Assembly (NCBI GenBank): GCA_900088475.1 | Contig: FLMG01003226.1 | Span: 1 to 34,945, forward strand | Origin: Hyphochytrium catenoides | Taxonomy: Eukaryota > Protista > Hyphochytriomycota | DNA length: 34,945 bases | Reading direction: 5' to 3' | In this document: piece by piece, positions 24,401 through 34,945 of the stretch | Numbering within the stretch: the stretch's first letter is position 1 | Layout of the letters: the number at the start of each line of letters is the position of its first letter | Translations under genes and position numbers: made by a program | Notes under the pieces: generated by a model | Told to the model about the DNA's origin: nothing | The model's database searches: none | Seen by the model: the letters and a program-made list of their open reading frames with translations, nothing else

Positions 24401-25245
24401 CTGGTAACCCCTTGGTATATATGGCTCAATCGCCCTCTTCCAATGCCCTTGAGTACAGATATCCCTCGAATTGCTATTCCCACGCTATTCGTCACTGCCA
24501 AGGATGACCCGATCTGCCCGGAGTTCGCCATCCCTTACGACGAGATTCTGTAAGCTTTGCGTAACCCTGTTGTCGAGGTATTTGGATCGGAAGTCTAACA
24601 ATTTGTGATAGGTCTAATCCGAACACGATACTTTGCACGACTAACGTCGGTGGGCACATGATGTGGGCGACAGGAGTCCTGCGCATCAAATCTTGGCTAG
24701 ATCCAGCGGTGGCTGAGTACCTGAAGGCTATCTTAGTTCTATATGAAAGAGGTTAGAAGTCTGTCATTACCAATCTGAGGTTATGTTGACGGACCATCAT
24801 GTACGTCCTCTTAGGAGAGATAACCAAGAGCCAGCCCCAGGTCGCCACCACGCTCTGCGCAGTTAACGGGATTGCGCAAGAGCACAATGTTATGAAGAGT
24901 GGACAACCGCAAGGGACAAAACGTGACTCTATGACGAAGACCTCAAGTGAGGACAGCTTCTTCTTCCAAACGTCATCCTCATCACGCTGCACCGAAGACT
25001 TCACTGCCTCAGGAGTTGTTCTTGACGGCAGTGAGGGCTTGGACCTTCGCAGAGAGGAATCAGATGGACTAGGAAACGCGACTTCTACCGACAAGCACAA
25101 GGAGAGCTCTTGTCAGCTCTTTGAGGATGGCGGAGTGCTCAACCAGCTCCTGCAGCCTCTGCCTGCGTCTGTCATCGGCATCGCCGCTTTCATGCTGGCC
25201 CAAAATCTGCTGCGAAGAATGAAGGATCTTCAGCGCAAGGCCTGA
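21418..25245 (+). CDS. Alpha/beta hydrolase, ABHD1/2/3-YheT-Eht1 family (putative phospholipase, esterase or acyltransferase), about 14 exons
   Basis: Spliced motifs: YYPTPYLLDG|HLQT, FLTLSDGGVVTLDW, VILHGTTGGSQE, VVAFNARGC, nucleophile elbow VGFSLGANIL, DFDGRITAKMFGY, acid AKDDPI, base GGHM. N-terminal hydrophobic segments are present. The start at 21418 is inferred. Confidence 0.9.
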
Positions 25246-26039
25246 TGGACCAAGATTGATAAACCTGGGTTTTTGATAACCTTTATCCTGCTAAAAAACT
25301 GTATTACGTCCTGCTTCGCTCTAGTTATCCTGGTTACCTATTTGGTCTATGATTTATCGTGATAAAGTATAAGCACTATCTGGAATACTTGCCTAGCAAG
25401 TGAGAATTGTGCTGTGCTGTGAGGAGACGCCGAGGTTTGTGATCGTAATTCTGAAGGACTTCGTTCTCCAAGGTTCTGTAGGTTCTTCTCGATTCTAGAT
25501 CCTCCTGCTAGCTTTGGTTGGGATAAAAATCTCAGAAAGAAGACTGTGGAAGCATGGAGTGCCGGTAAAAATCAGCTTGGAGGTGGGCCTTACAGTTTTT
25601 AACCCTGAGCTACAACAGCTGCTACAACCTCCGTCGTTCGTGAGTTTCGTGTCTCAGTTTATGGTATCTACCACCGTTCTATAATTCACAAATCACAGGG
25701 AACTAGAGGAAGGTTAGATTCAAGAGCACCACAAAGCCAGCAGACAGATTACTATAACCTATCTTTAGAGTGAGCGAAAATGTCCGAGAGATGAAGGAGC
25801 CGAAAGAGGATGCAAGACAGAGTGGAAAGTGGTGGGGTAAGAGTGCCCTTGCAAATAAGGGGTGGGTGGACCCTCAGCTCTGAGATGATGAGAGACAGAG
25901 TCCAGAACAGATGTGGCCAGGTATGGAAGAGGTCCGAGGGAAGGAGGACGCGACAGAGGTTGGTAGGAGATGTGTTATCCCAGAGCTAGGCGTGAGGGAT
26001 AGAAGAAGCAAGAGGAGGGAGACTGACTGTGACCCACAG

Positions 26040-26106
26040 TCTCTCTCTCTCTCTCTCTCTCTCTCNNNNNNNNNNNNNNNNNNNNNNNNNNNNNNNNNNN
26101 NNNNCA

Positions 26107-26145
<39 letters not shown>

Positions 26146-26146
26146 C
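26040..26146. repeat. (TC)n microsatellite containing an assembly gap of 39 N (26066-26104)
   Basis: TC runs flank the N stretch on both sides. Confidence 0.95.
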
Positions 26147-26492
26147 CCTGCATGCGTTCTTCGTCTGTTCACAAGGGAAAACTCACAGACTTCATAACCC
26201 AAGGGAGCCCAACAGCCAAGTTATTAACTGGCAGGCTCTCATTTCCTCAAGAACATCGCTTTCTTCCCCTTAGGGCACACTCTCTTCTCTCTCTCTCTCT
26301 CTCTCGCTGTCTCCTTCTCTCCCTCACGCAGCGAGCTACCTTTCTACACTGCTGTTCGCCTGACAAGCTCTCTCACAGCAGTCTTCTTTCGTAGACACTC
26401 AGCCGACAAAACCTCTCTCTCCGTTCTTGACGCCTCAGCGTCTGAGTCTTTGCCCGTGCTCAGTCAGAAAGCTTCATCCATCGCCGGAGAAA

Positions 26493-27902
26493 ATGTCGGC
26501 GGATGTGTCGTCTCCACCGTTGGCAACAAAAAGATCTCTAGACAGCGCGGGCATGGACTCGTATGGTTATGACTATGGACAACAGTCGCTGAAGAGAAGG
26601 TTTAGCACCTCCTATCCTGCCCAGCTGCCAGGTAATCGTGGGTGTATGACGCTGTCTACCACTGTCCGTCAACCTCTCCTCTCCAGTGTCTGTGCAATTG
26701 GAAAAGATGCCAACTCTCTGTCTCTCTCTCTCTCTCTACTGCTCAAGTTGTGTCTCCTTCTTTATGCTCTCTTTCTTAGTGATTAGTCGCTCTCCTGCTT
26801 GTCCATCATGAGTCGGAGAGAGATTTGGCCTCTTCTTCGGTTAGCATAAAGCCCATACTTTAGGCTTGTACCGAGCTACTCTTCTCCCATGTCTTGAGTC
26901 CTTACATTGAGTAACGACTGTTGAGCACGGGGCATCATCCTCTGTCCAGCTCTCTCGCACGTCTTAATCATTATAGTTAGCTAATCTGACCTTCTATTGG
27001 ATGTTATCATTCCGTCCTTAGGATGTGCGCGTCGGCAGCTCTCTCCAAACCCCTCAGAACTGGAGGCGCCGCGCTCAAAGCGCATGAGGACTCTCAATTT
27101 TCAAGCCGTTGACGAGCAAAAAGATGTTCCGATCTATTCACAGAGACAGGCAGAGGCCATTCAGGAGGCGAAGCAACAAGAGATCGCGCGGCTGAGGGAG
27201 GAGTTCCAGAAGTTTGCAGAGCAAAAGCAAACAGAGGTCCAAACTGTCCTTGAGCAGGTAAACGATAGCGAAGCACATGCAGCGGATACACATGAAAAGA
27301 GGGAAAATAAGAGATGCTAGATATTTTCTGACACAAGAAAGCCGGGCAAAAGGAGATTTGATGACTCACACAAACATAGGGAGAGGGTGTGGCAGAGAGA
27401 GGAGGAGGAGAGAGGGAGATAGCGTGAGAGAGAGGGGAAGAGAGAGAGAGAAAAAGGGATTGGGGGAGAGAAGGATACGGAGACGAGGAGTACAACTGGC
27501 TGACAGTGTGTTTTGGCATAGAACTATGCCATGTCAAAGCAGATCGAGGAGATGCAGAAAACGATTGACAAGGTGACAGAACAGAACAAGGTCCTCAAGC
27601 GCGCCGTTCAGATTCAAAACCAGCAGAAGCAACAGGTAACGTCCCGTTCGCTACTCTTTCTCTTCTTCTAGTAGTTGACGAACATAGTCCTTACATCTCT
27701 CTCTCTCTCTCTTTTGGGAATCACTCGTCCGTAGTCTGCCGCAGAGGTAGAAGGGTTGAAGAACCTCTTGCAACACGCTGCGGAGCAGATGAAGAGGCTG
27801 GAGCAGACCAACTACGCCCTCAGTGTCCACCTCCAAGCCAACGGCCTTGGAGCTGGCAGGAGCAACTTCGACCAGGGTCCTCCGCCTCCCAACGTCTTCT
27901 AA
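26493..27902 (+). CDS. Small coiled-coil protein (about 220 aa, 4 exons); Akirin-like N-terminal and middle part, C-terminus like plant CUE-domain family proteins
   Basis: Exons 26493-26631, 27022-27257, 27522-27635 and 27735-27902, all with phase-consistent GT-AG introns. C-terminal NKVLKRAVQIQNQQKQQ|SAAEVEGLKNLLQHAAEQMKRLEQTNYALSVHLQ...PPNVF-stop. Confidence 0.8.
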
Positions 27903-28353
27903 AGCCCTCTCAGAGCGATCTGCAACGAGCTTGCTCCTTTCGCTATAGCCACGGCGTAGCAGTCATACTCTGCTTTCTCTCTCTCACCGTCTCTCTCTCT
28001 CCCTTTTTGCCGCCTTTTCTTTGTGATTTGTCCCTTCGCATTGACTATTTATTGTCATTCTCCTTCTACGATAACAGGATGACGTAGCGCTGTAGCTAGT
28101 AGGGAATGACTCTTCTTATCCCCCCCAAAAGTGTGAATCTACTACTTTTCTCAGATGAAAACCTTCGTGTCAAGCCAGTTTCTTAGTGTAAGAAGACGGG
28201 GTTGCCAAGCAAAGCAGTCCTGAGGGAGAAGAAAAGAGACCAGGAGAGAGAGATCTGCAAGAAAGTGTCTCTCTCTGCAGTAGAGAGATAAGATCTGTCA
28301 TTCAGTAAGTATGAGGTGTTACTAGAGAAAGAAAGAGAGAGAGAGATGTGCTT

Positions 28354-31300
28354 CTACTCTGCAACAATAGACGCCATAAGGGCTGCTTCTGCGTCATCAA
28401 AGGCCTCGCCAAAGCTAGTTGGGTCCCGGGTCTCCTCAGTCTTTCTATGCACGCTACTCTCCTGCGCGTCCTGTCCTCGTTGGTTCTCTCCCTTCTCACT
28501 CTTCTCTATCTTCGTTATAGGCTCCTTCTTCAGCCGCCCTCGGACCTGCAAATCTCCTAAAGGCTTGATACTATTCTGAGACACTGATGAGGAGGAGAGA
28601 GGGACAAGCTTGGACTTATTTCCCTTGATACCAAGCTTTTGAACCTCTGTCTCTCTGTCTTCCTCAGGGGCTGAGGGTTGGGAGCCCGTCGCCGGCACTC
28701 CACTCTGTCGTCTTTCCTGTCTTTCGGGGCGCTGGTTCTCCTGCTTCCGACCCTCAGGAGGGAGTTCTGCCCCTTCTCCCTCCTCCTTCTCTCCCTCCTT
28801 GTCTTGTTCCCCCGTATTATTATCAGCTGAGAAGTGCTGCTCGACGACCTTCAATAGCGCGGGCTTCAATCCTTCAAGGTACTTTCTCACTCTCTTCTCT
28901 CCTATCACTCTATAGGCGGCGACCACCACGTCGATGGCTGACTTTCTCGTCTTCTCATCAGGCGCGTCGAGAGCCTTTCGAGCAACCTTCATCACAGCCT
29001 GCATGCGTAGCACAGATGAGACAGCGAGAAACAGAGAGGAGAGAGATTGACGAAGGACAAAATAGAAGAGCCAAAGACTACGAAGAGTATGAGATGAACC
29101 TAACTAGAAGGAAGAGGGATGTTCGCGTGAGAAGAGAGACAGCAGAGATACAACGTGATCCTCGGGGAACAGGGTCTTATCGAGTGCGCGGTGGTCACAA
29201 CGAGAGAGGAGACAGAAGGAGACAGAGTATAAGCTTCACCTTAAGGTTAATACATCCTTTCTGGAAGCCAAACTCTGGAATCAGGAGACGGAGAAGGTTC
29301 AGCTGAGTCTTCTGGGTGGTTTCTTCCTGCATAAGGTGAACATAAACACTGCGCAGGCCAGCTGCCTCCTCCAGGCGAGCGATTTTCAGGAGGTTCCTAC
29401 AGAGATAAGGCGTCAGATCGAGAAGAGAGAGGCTGTGACATCAAGCTCTTGGGGTAGAAAGGGTTTAGAGACAGCTTCAGACAAAGTAGACCATGGAAAC
29501 ACAGCGTGGGACTGAGAGGGAGAAACAGAAGAGAGACAGAGAAGAGAGACACGGAGAAAGAGAGAGGAAGAGAGAAAAGGAGAGAGAGAGGGAGAGAGAT
29601 AGAGAGAGAGAGCAGCAATGACCAAAGAGAAGGAGAGAGAAGACCCTCATTGTATATCAAGTCATCATGAGAAAGAGAGAAGTCCCCCTATGGCAGCAAC
29701 GTCCTCTTTTGGCTTCCACATTTCTACTGTTTCTCTTTTTCTTACTTGCAGGCATCTCGTTGTGTTCTCCTGTTATTATCTGCCATCTTCAGGAGAAGAG
29801 GAGACACAAGGGCCTCCACCTGCTTTCTCGCTGTCTCTTCTTTCCAGCTAATGTGAGAAGAATAAATCTTCAGAACTACGCGGAAGAAGTCTGTTCCTGC
29901 ATAATAAACAGGGGCGCTCTTGTCTGCAAAGCTTCTGCGTACAATGGCTAGGCAGGCCGCTCCCTCTTTCTCTGCCGTGCTCTTAAGAAGAGAAGAAGGG
30001 AGATTTTTCCAGTCTTTCTTTCTTTCTTCTATTCTCTTTTGCAGTGTCTCTAAGGCTTCTTTCCTGTCAGACCACTGCTGCTTAGAGAGAGAGTGCAGGA
30101 GAACCGGGCCAATGAACTCTTTGGACTGCTCCAGAAGTTCATTCTCTCTCTCTTCTAGCTCGTTATTCTGAGAAGGAATGCGAGGGACCTAGATGAAGAG
30201 ACGGACAATATTAGAGAATAAAACAGGAGAAGAGTGAACACATTTGGTGTCACCTCTTCTTCTTCATCCGTCTTCTCTCCTTCCTGGTTGCTATTGCCAT
30301 CCTCATCATTGTCTTCCTCGGGCGCGTCTCCGGCTTTCTCTAAAGAATAGAAGGATGGAGTCAGCGATACAAGGAAAAGAAAGAAACAGAGAGAGAGAGA
30401 GAGTGGGAGGAGGGCGGTCCAGAGAGCCCCAAGATCAGGCTCAGGGGTGTCTCCTGCTCCGTTACTTTGACATTCTCCCTCTCTCACGCATTCTATGCCT
30501 TCTTCATCTCTTGCCATACGTTCTAACATTGTCAGTGTGACATTTCGCTCCCTTTTCTTTACCTCTTTTCCTCCTGCGTCTCTTGGATTCTTTCTCTCTC
30601 TCTCTCTCTCCGCCTCTGTTACGTAGTTCTCCCATCTCCAATTTGTACTAAGTTTGGCTTTATCTCTTTCTCTCTTGTGCAAGCTCTTACTTTGCTTTGC
30701 CTCAGCAAACTTCTTCTGGAGAGCCTTGAGCGTCGAAGATTTGAGTCCTTGGAGCAGAGGAAGCAACGCCTCCTCACCAACAAGGGTGTAGGCGAGGACA
30801 ACGACAGAGGCAGCTGCCTTCCTCACCTTCTCGTCCGTCAGTTGCAAGGCGGAGACACAAAGAGAGATGGACGGAGAAAGAGAGAGACCTGCAAGTGGGG
30901 AAGATTGGGGTGAGAGACGGATCTGGGAAACACTGCAAACTTGCCGTCCAGCATAGCTGCCGCAGAGAGGATAAATGCGAAAACAGATCGAAAAGAGAGA
31001 CGAGGCAGAGAGCGAGAGCAAAAGAAGAGAGTATAGATAGAGACGAGGGAACCTAAGGAGAAGCTGCCAATAGCCAGCAACAGAGCAACAGTCGATAAGC
31101 AAAGGAGAGATATCGAGCGAGAGAGAGACACACACACGCGGAAGATGAAAGATGCAGGTACATCGTAGAGAGAATGCCAGAGCTAAAGGAGAAGATCAAC
31201 CGTAAAGTAAGAAGCGACGAAGAGAGTAAGCTAACTCTACAGCGCCAAGATGAACGGACCTTCTTTCTCCTTGTAACCAATCTCCTGAAGCACTAACTTC

Positions 31301-32625
31301 AGCACCGTCAGACGCGCTAACAAAGCATTATCCTCAGCATACAGCTCCCGGGCACAGAGAGAGAGACACGGGAGATTTTTCACCCGTAAAAGACGAAGAA
31401 TTGCCTTGCAGGCCTCTCTCTGGGTCCTCTTCGTAGAGTCATTCACACGGCGGAGAAGAGCAGAGAAAAGAGAGCAAAGCTGCTCTTCTAGAAGAGGAGA
31501 GAGAGAGAGGGGAGGCACGCGGGAAAGAATTGTCTTGGACACAGCGCGAAGCGTCTCCATGGCTCTGTACATCACAGGAGCGGTCTTATCGTCTATTCCT
31601 CTCTGGATAACAGCGAAAGTAGCTGTGAGGAGGTCAGCATACGCTTTCTGAATGCATTCCTCTCTCTCTCTCTCTCCTCCTTTCTTCCGTTGCGCTGTAG
31701 GAGCGGCAGCAGGAGTCCAGTCCTTTGTTAAGTTCTCAACCTGCTGGAGAGCACTCTCCCTCTCTTGCCACTTCTCTGCAGAAAGAAGAGACACGAGTCT
31801 CTTCTCAAAGACCTGCTCCAATGTCTGATCGAAGGAGAGGTTATACGACTCGAGGAGCGGATACTTTGGCGCTGCAGAGACAGGAGGAGGGCTGGTCTGA
31901 TCTGAGGAGAGAGAGGAAGGCTCTGTTTCTCCTTCAATTCCTCGCTTTTCGCTTTCCTCATGTTGCTTCTCCAATTCTTTGACTGACTCAACAGGGCCGC
32001 TGATAGTGAGAGAAGAAGGAGACTCAGGATCGGCCTGCGGCAGCTGGACAATCTGAGAGAGAGAGATAACAGCCAGTTCCTCCTTTCTCTCTTCGTTCCC
32101 TTGTTTCTCTGAATCCTCCACCATCTCTGCTTGGTCCTGAGGAAGCTCCTCCATCTGCTGAAGAGGCGTCGTGGTCTCTCCCTGGGAAAGAGAGACAGAC
32201 TCCTCAGCTACGAACGTGCTCTCTTTGACTGTTAGTGATGAGAGGGTAGAGAGGAGAACAGTGGAGGAAGAGGAAGACATGTCAGCAGAACTGTCTCCTG
32301 ATTTGAGAGAAAGGCTCTCAATGCCGTCCTCCAATGACTTGTCTTCCTCCTTCTTTCCCTGCTCTGCCGTAGAAGTCTTTACCTCCTCTTCTGCCCTCTC
32401 TTCTCCCTTCTTTACTTTCTCCTCGTTCTCGGTCTCCTCTCCTTTCTTCTCCTCCGTCAGCTTGAGCCCAGCCTTAATCGGTTCAGGTGCTGAGGGCCGT
32501 GAGACTCCCTTGCTCTCTGTCTCCTTTACTTCCTCTTTCGCCACCTCCGCCTCCTTGGAAACCTCTGGCGATTTTTCCTTCTTCTTGCCCCCAAAGGAGA
32601 ACCTCCTTTTCAAAGCTTTCAACAT
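28354..32625 (-). CDS. Protein with an acidic low-complexity N-terminus and two tandem TOG/HEAT-repeat domains (CEP104/CLASP-like), about 6 exons
   Basis: ATG at 32625 (MLKALKRRFSFGGKKK). Domain A: SAEKWQERESAL...DDKTAPVMY...DSTKRTQREACK...ARLTVLKLVLQEIG...DEKVRKAA...AYTLVG...LQGLKSSTL. Domain B: KQQWSDRKEAL...ADKSAPVYY...DNNRRTQRDAC...QLNLLRLLIPEFG...DEKTRKSA...AYRVIG...LEGLKPALL. The stop at 28354 is assumed. Confidence 0.8.
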
Positions 32626-33432
32626 CTTTCCTCCTCTCTCTTTCTCTCTCTCTTTGTTAGACCGCAAGCACCAGCCGCGATGGTTTGTTCGTCCGCGAAA
32701 GGTTGAAGGGGAAAGAGAGAGAGAAAGAGTAGAGATTGAAGAGGAGAAAACACTAGTGGTGGTGAACTAGAAAAGGGAAGATAGAGAAGGCTCTCTCCGA
32801 GGTTCTTCTCAAGGTCCGCTGCAGCGCGGCGGCGCCGGAGCTGCTCGTAGATGTGCAGAGTGAGGCGGAGGCTGTGAGGCGGATAGCGCGGGATGATCGA
32901 CAGTGACGAGAGAGAGAGAGAGAGACGGAGAGGGAGAGCAGGAAAGCAACAGAGAGAAAGAGGGTGCACGCGTCTTATTATGTAAAGCCGCACAGCAAAT
33001 GGAATGAGCAATCTGCTTCTAGGCTTTGATGCCATTAACGTAAGCCAGTGACCAATCAGGACTGGCACTTTAAGACCATTATACCTCGTCTCGGACTCTG
33101 TCTCTGTCTCTCTGTCTCTTAACTTCTGTCTCCTCTCTTCCCTTTTTTTCTCTCTTTTTGTCCATACACATTCCTCTTTCTCTAATCGCTTACTCTCTTA
33201 TATGCATGCCCTCGCTTCTCTTCTTCCTGCTCCGGATCTGTTCTTCTGGCTTTGTCTTTTCATAGCTTGTCTGCTGCATATCAATTGCCTGATCGCTGCA
33301 GGGAGCAGTTAGCACATCAGAGCACGAGGAGAAAGCGGTTACTAAGGAAGAAAAGAGGTTCTACTACCAGAAGGAGAGCGAGAGAAAGCAGAAACCCCAC
33401 GTCAAGAGAAACAAAGAGAGAAAAGTGAGAAA

Positions 33433-33440
<8 letters not shown>

Positions 33441-33482
<42 letters not shown>

Positions 33483-33671
33483 CGTTCTTCTTTTCTCTTC
33501 CCCCAACAGCTGTAGATGCGGCAGCAGCAGCACCCACCAGCTACCTTCCCTGTGCTTTTCTCAGTCTGTGGCGAGGCCCCAACATGGTCATCCTAAGATC
33601 AACTCTTTTTGCTTTCACTCTTCTTGCTTCGTGTCAGGCTTCTTATCCTCTTACTTTCGTCGGCTGTGTCT

Positions 33672-33724
<53 letters not shown>

Positions 33725-33945
33725 CTTTTCTGTCTCTCTCTCTCTCTCTCCTCTGCTCTGGCTTGCCCTCCTCTCTCTCTCTCTCTGTAATCCTCTTTCT
33801 CACATGCCAAGTGTAACGACCATACCCCAGAAGCAGTAGTAATAACCTATCAACCCCATTCTTCGGTTAGTGCTATAGAACATTAATAATAGTCGCCATC
33901 AGTAACGGTTCAAAGCACAAAAAAATGAAGAAAGGAAAAGGAGAC

Positions 33946-34002
<57 letters not shown>

Positions 34003-34011
34003 AAAGAGAGA
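33441..34011. repeat. Cluster of (GA)n / (TC)n / (GA)n microsatellites
   Basis: GA run 33441-33479, TC runs about 33669-33786, GA runs about 33941-34011. Confidence 0.95.
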
Positions 34012-34321
34012 GTGATTTTGGGAAGAAGGAAAGCATGGTTTGAGTTTTGGAAGGTGTGACTAAGACAGGGCGACTGCAGACGTCTATAGAGACTGGTTGT
34101 AGAAAGCTCCTGGTACAGAAGGAGGGTTCCCAAGGCCACCATAATTGCAGCCCTACACCACGGAACGACGGCAGTAGCACTGCATCAAGATCTTGTCTCA
34201 GCTGTGCAAAGGTCAGTCAATCTCAGTGCTCTACTAAATACACTGGAGCCGTAAAAGAAAGATGATCTTTCTTGGCGTCGAGGGAGCTAGTCAGGACTTC
34301 ATCCACTAGGAATATGCTTTA

Positions 34322-34896
34322 TTAACCGAGTGCTACATCCATCGTCATCATCACGATGAACCCAAACATACAGCCTAATGTCGCTAGCTTCTTATTGCCG
34401 CTTTCATGGGCCTCCGGCACCAGGTCGTCCACCACAACGTAGATCATCGCGCCTGAGAAATGCCAATGACGATAGTGAGAGACATAGCTAAGCTCGATGC
34501 TTCAGATACGGCTTAGAGAGGAGAGACGAGAGTGGAGAGATAGTGGCAGAGAGACCAATGTATGCTTGGGATCATAAACTAAACAATAGATGCTAAAAGA
34601 ACTATACCTCCAGCAAATCCTAGTGCATAAGGTAACATTGGCTCTACAGCGTGGACTGCCCAAGCACCCAGTATCTGTGTGAAAAGACAGATGAGAAGGA
34701 GTGGAGTGACAAGAGGCAGTGAAGAGCTGAGATAAAATTGCTATTCCCAGATACATAACAGAAATAAAGGCACTCACCCCGCCCAAGGGCTCTACCATGC
34801 CACTCAGCTGACCGTAAAAGAAGCTCTTCCATAAGGACATCTTCTCTCTTCGAAGAGGCATAGAGACTGCCAGACCTTCAGGGAAATTCTGTAGGC
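34322..34896 (-). CDS. 3' exons of a ZIP-family divalent metal transporter, GufA/ZIP11 subfamily; the 5' part lies beyond the right edge
   Basis: Three exons give [39 protein letters not shown]|[22 protein letters not shown]|[43 protein letters not shown]-stop (TAA at 34322). QNx[12 protein letters not shown] and GAMIYVV are ZIP11 hallmarks. Confidence 0.92.
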
Positions 34897-34945
34897 CTTG
34901 GATCAATACGTCAGTTAGCAAAAGCTACGGATATGGGACGAACAA

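Noticed and set aside
25874-26394. ORFs spanning the N gap
   Set aside because: Artefacts of TC/GA microsatellite translation across an assembly gap.
33584-33790. Signal-peptide-like start MVILRSTLFAFTLLASCQA
   Set aside because: It runs directly into (TC)n repeats, and no convincing donor or downstream exon was found.
1-34945. The gene set as a functional cluster or novel multi-gene system
   Set aside because: The genes are functionally unrelated housekeeping or regulatory genes in mixed orientation, with no evidence of a shared pathway.

Overview
Eukaryotic, intron-containing, gene-dense window, probably from a protist or microalga (short spliceosomal introns with CTAAC/CTGAC-type branch sites; lineage cannot be fixed from this sequence). 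No prokaryotic, CRISPR, rRNA, tRNA or transposon signatures were seen. Manual splicing supports ten protein-coding genes. Left to right: a 5' fragment of an INTS3-like gene (-, missed by the ORF track), tRNA pseudouridine synthase PUS1/TruA (+), an intronless tandem-CCCH TTP/ZFP36-like gene (-), UDP-glucuronate 4-epimerase (+), a TBC1D5-like RabGAP (+), RNA polymerase III subunit RPC3 (-), an ABHD1/3-YheT-type alpha/beta hydrolase (+), a small coiled-coil protein with Akirin-like and plant CUE-family-like segments (+), a protein with two tandem CEP104-type TOG/HEAT domains (-), and the 3' end of a ZIP11/GufA-type metal transporter (-). The right half is saturated with (GA)n/(TC)n microsatellites, one of which contains a 39-N assembly gap. 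The most interesting items are the Akirin-like hybrid protein, the duplicated-TOG protein, repeated GCAAGA (GC-AG) donors in RPC3, a chain of ATGA-coupled upstream ORFs before the epimerase, and ARE motifs downstream of the TTP-like gene. All family assignments come from remembered motifs, not database searches.
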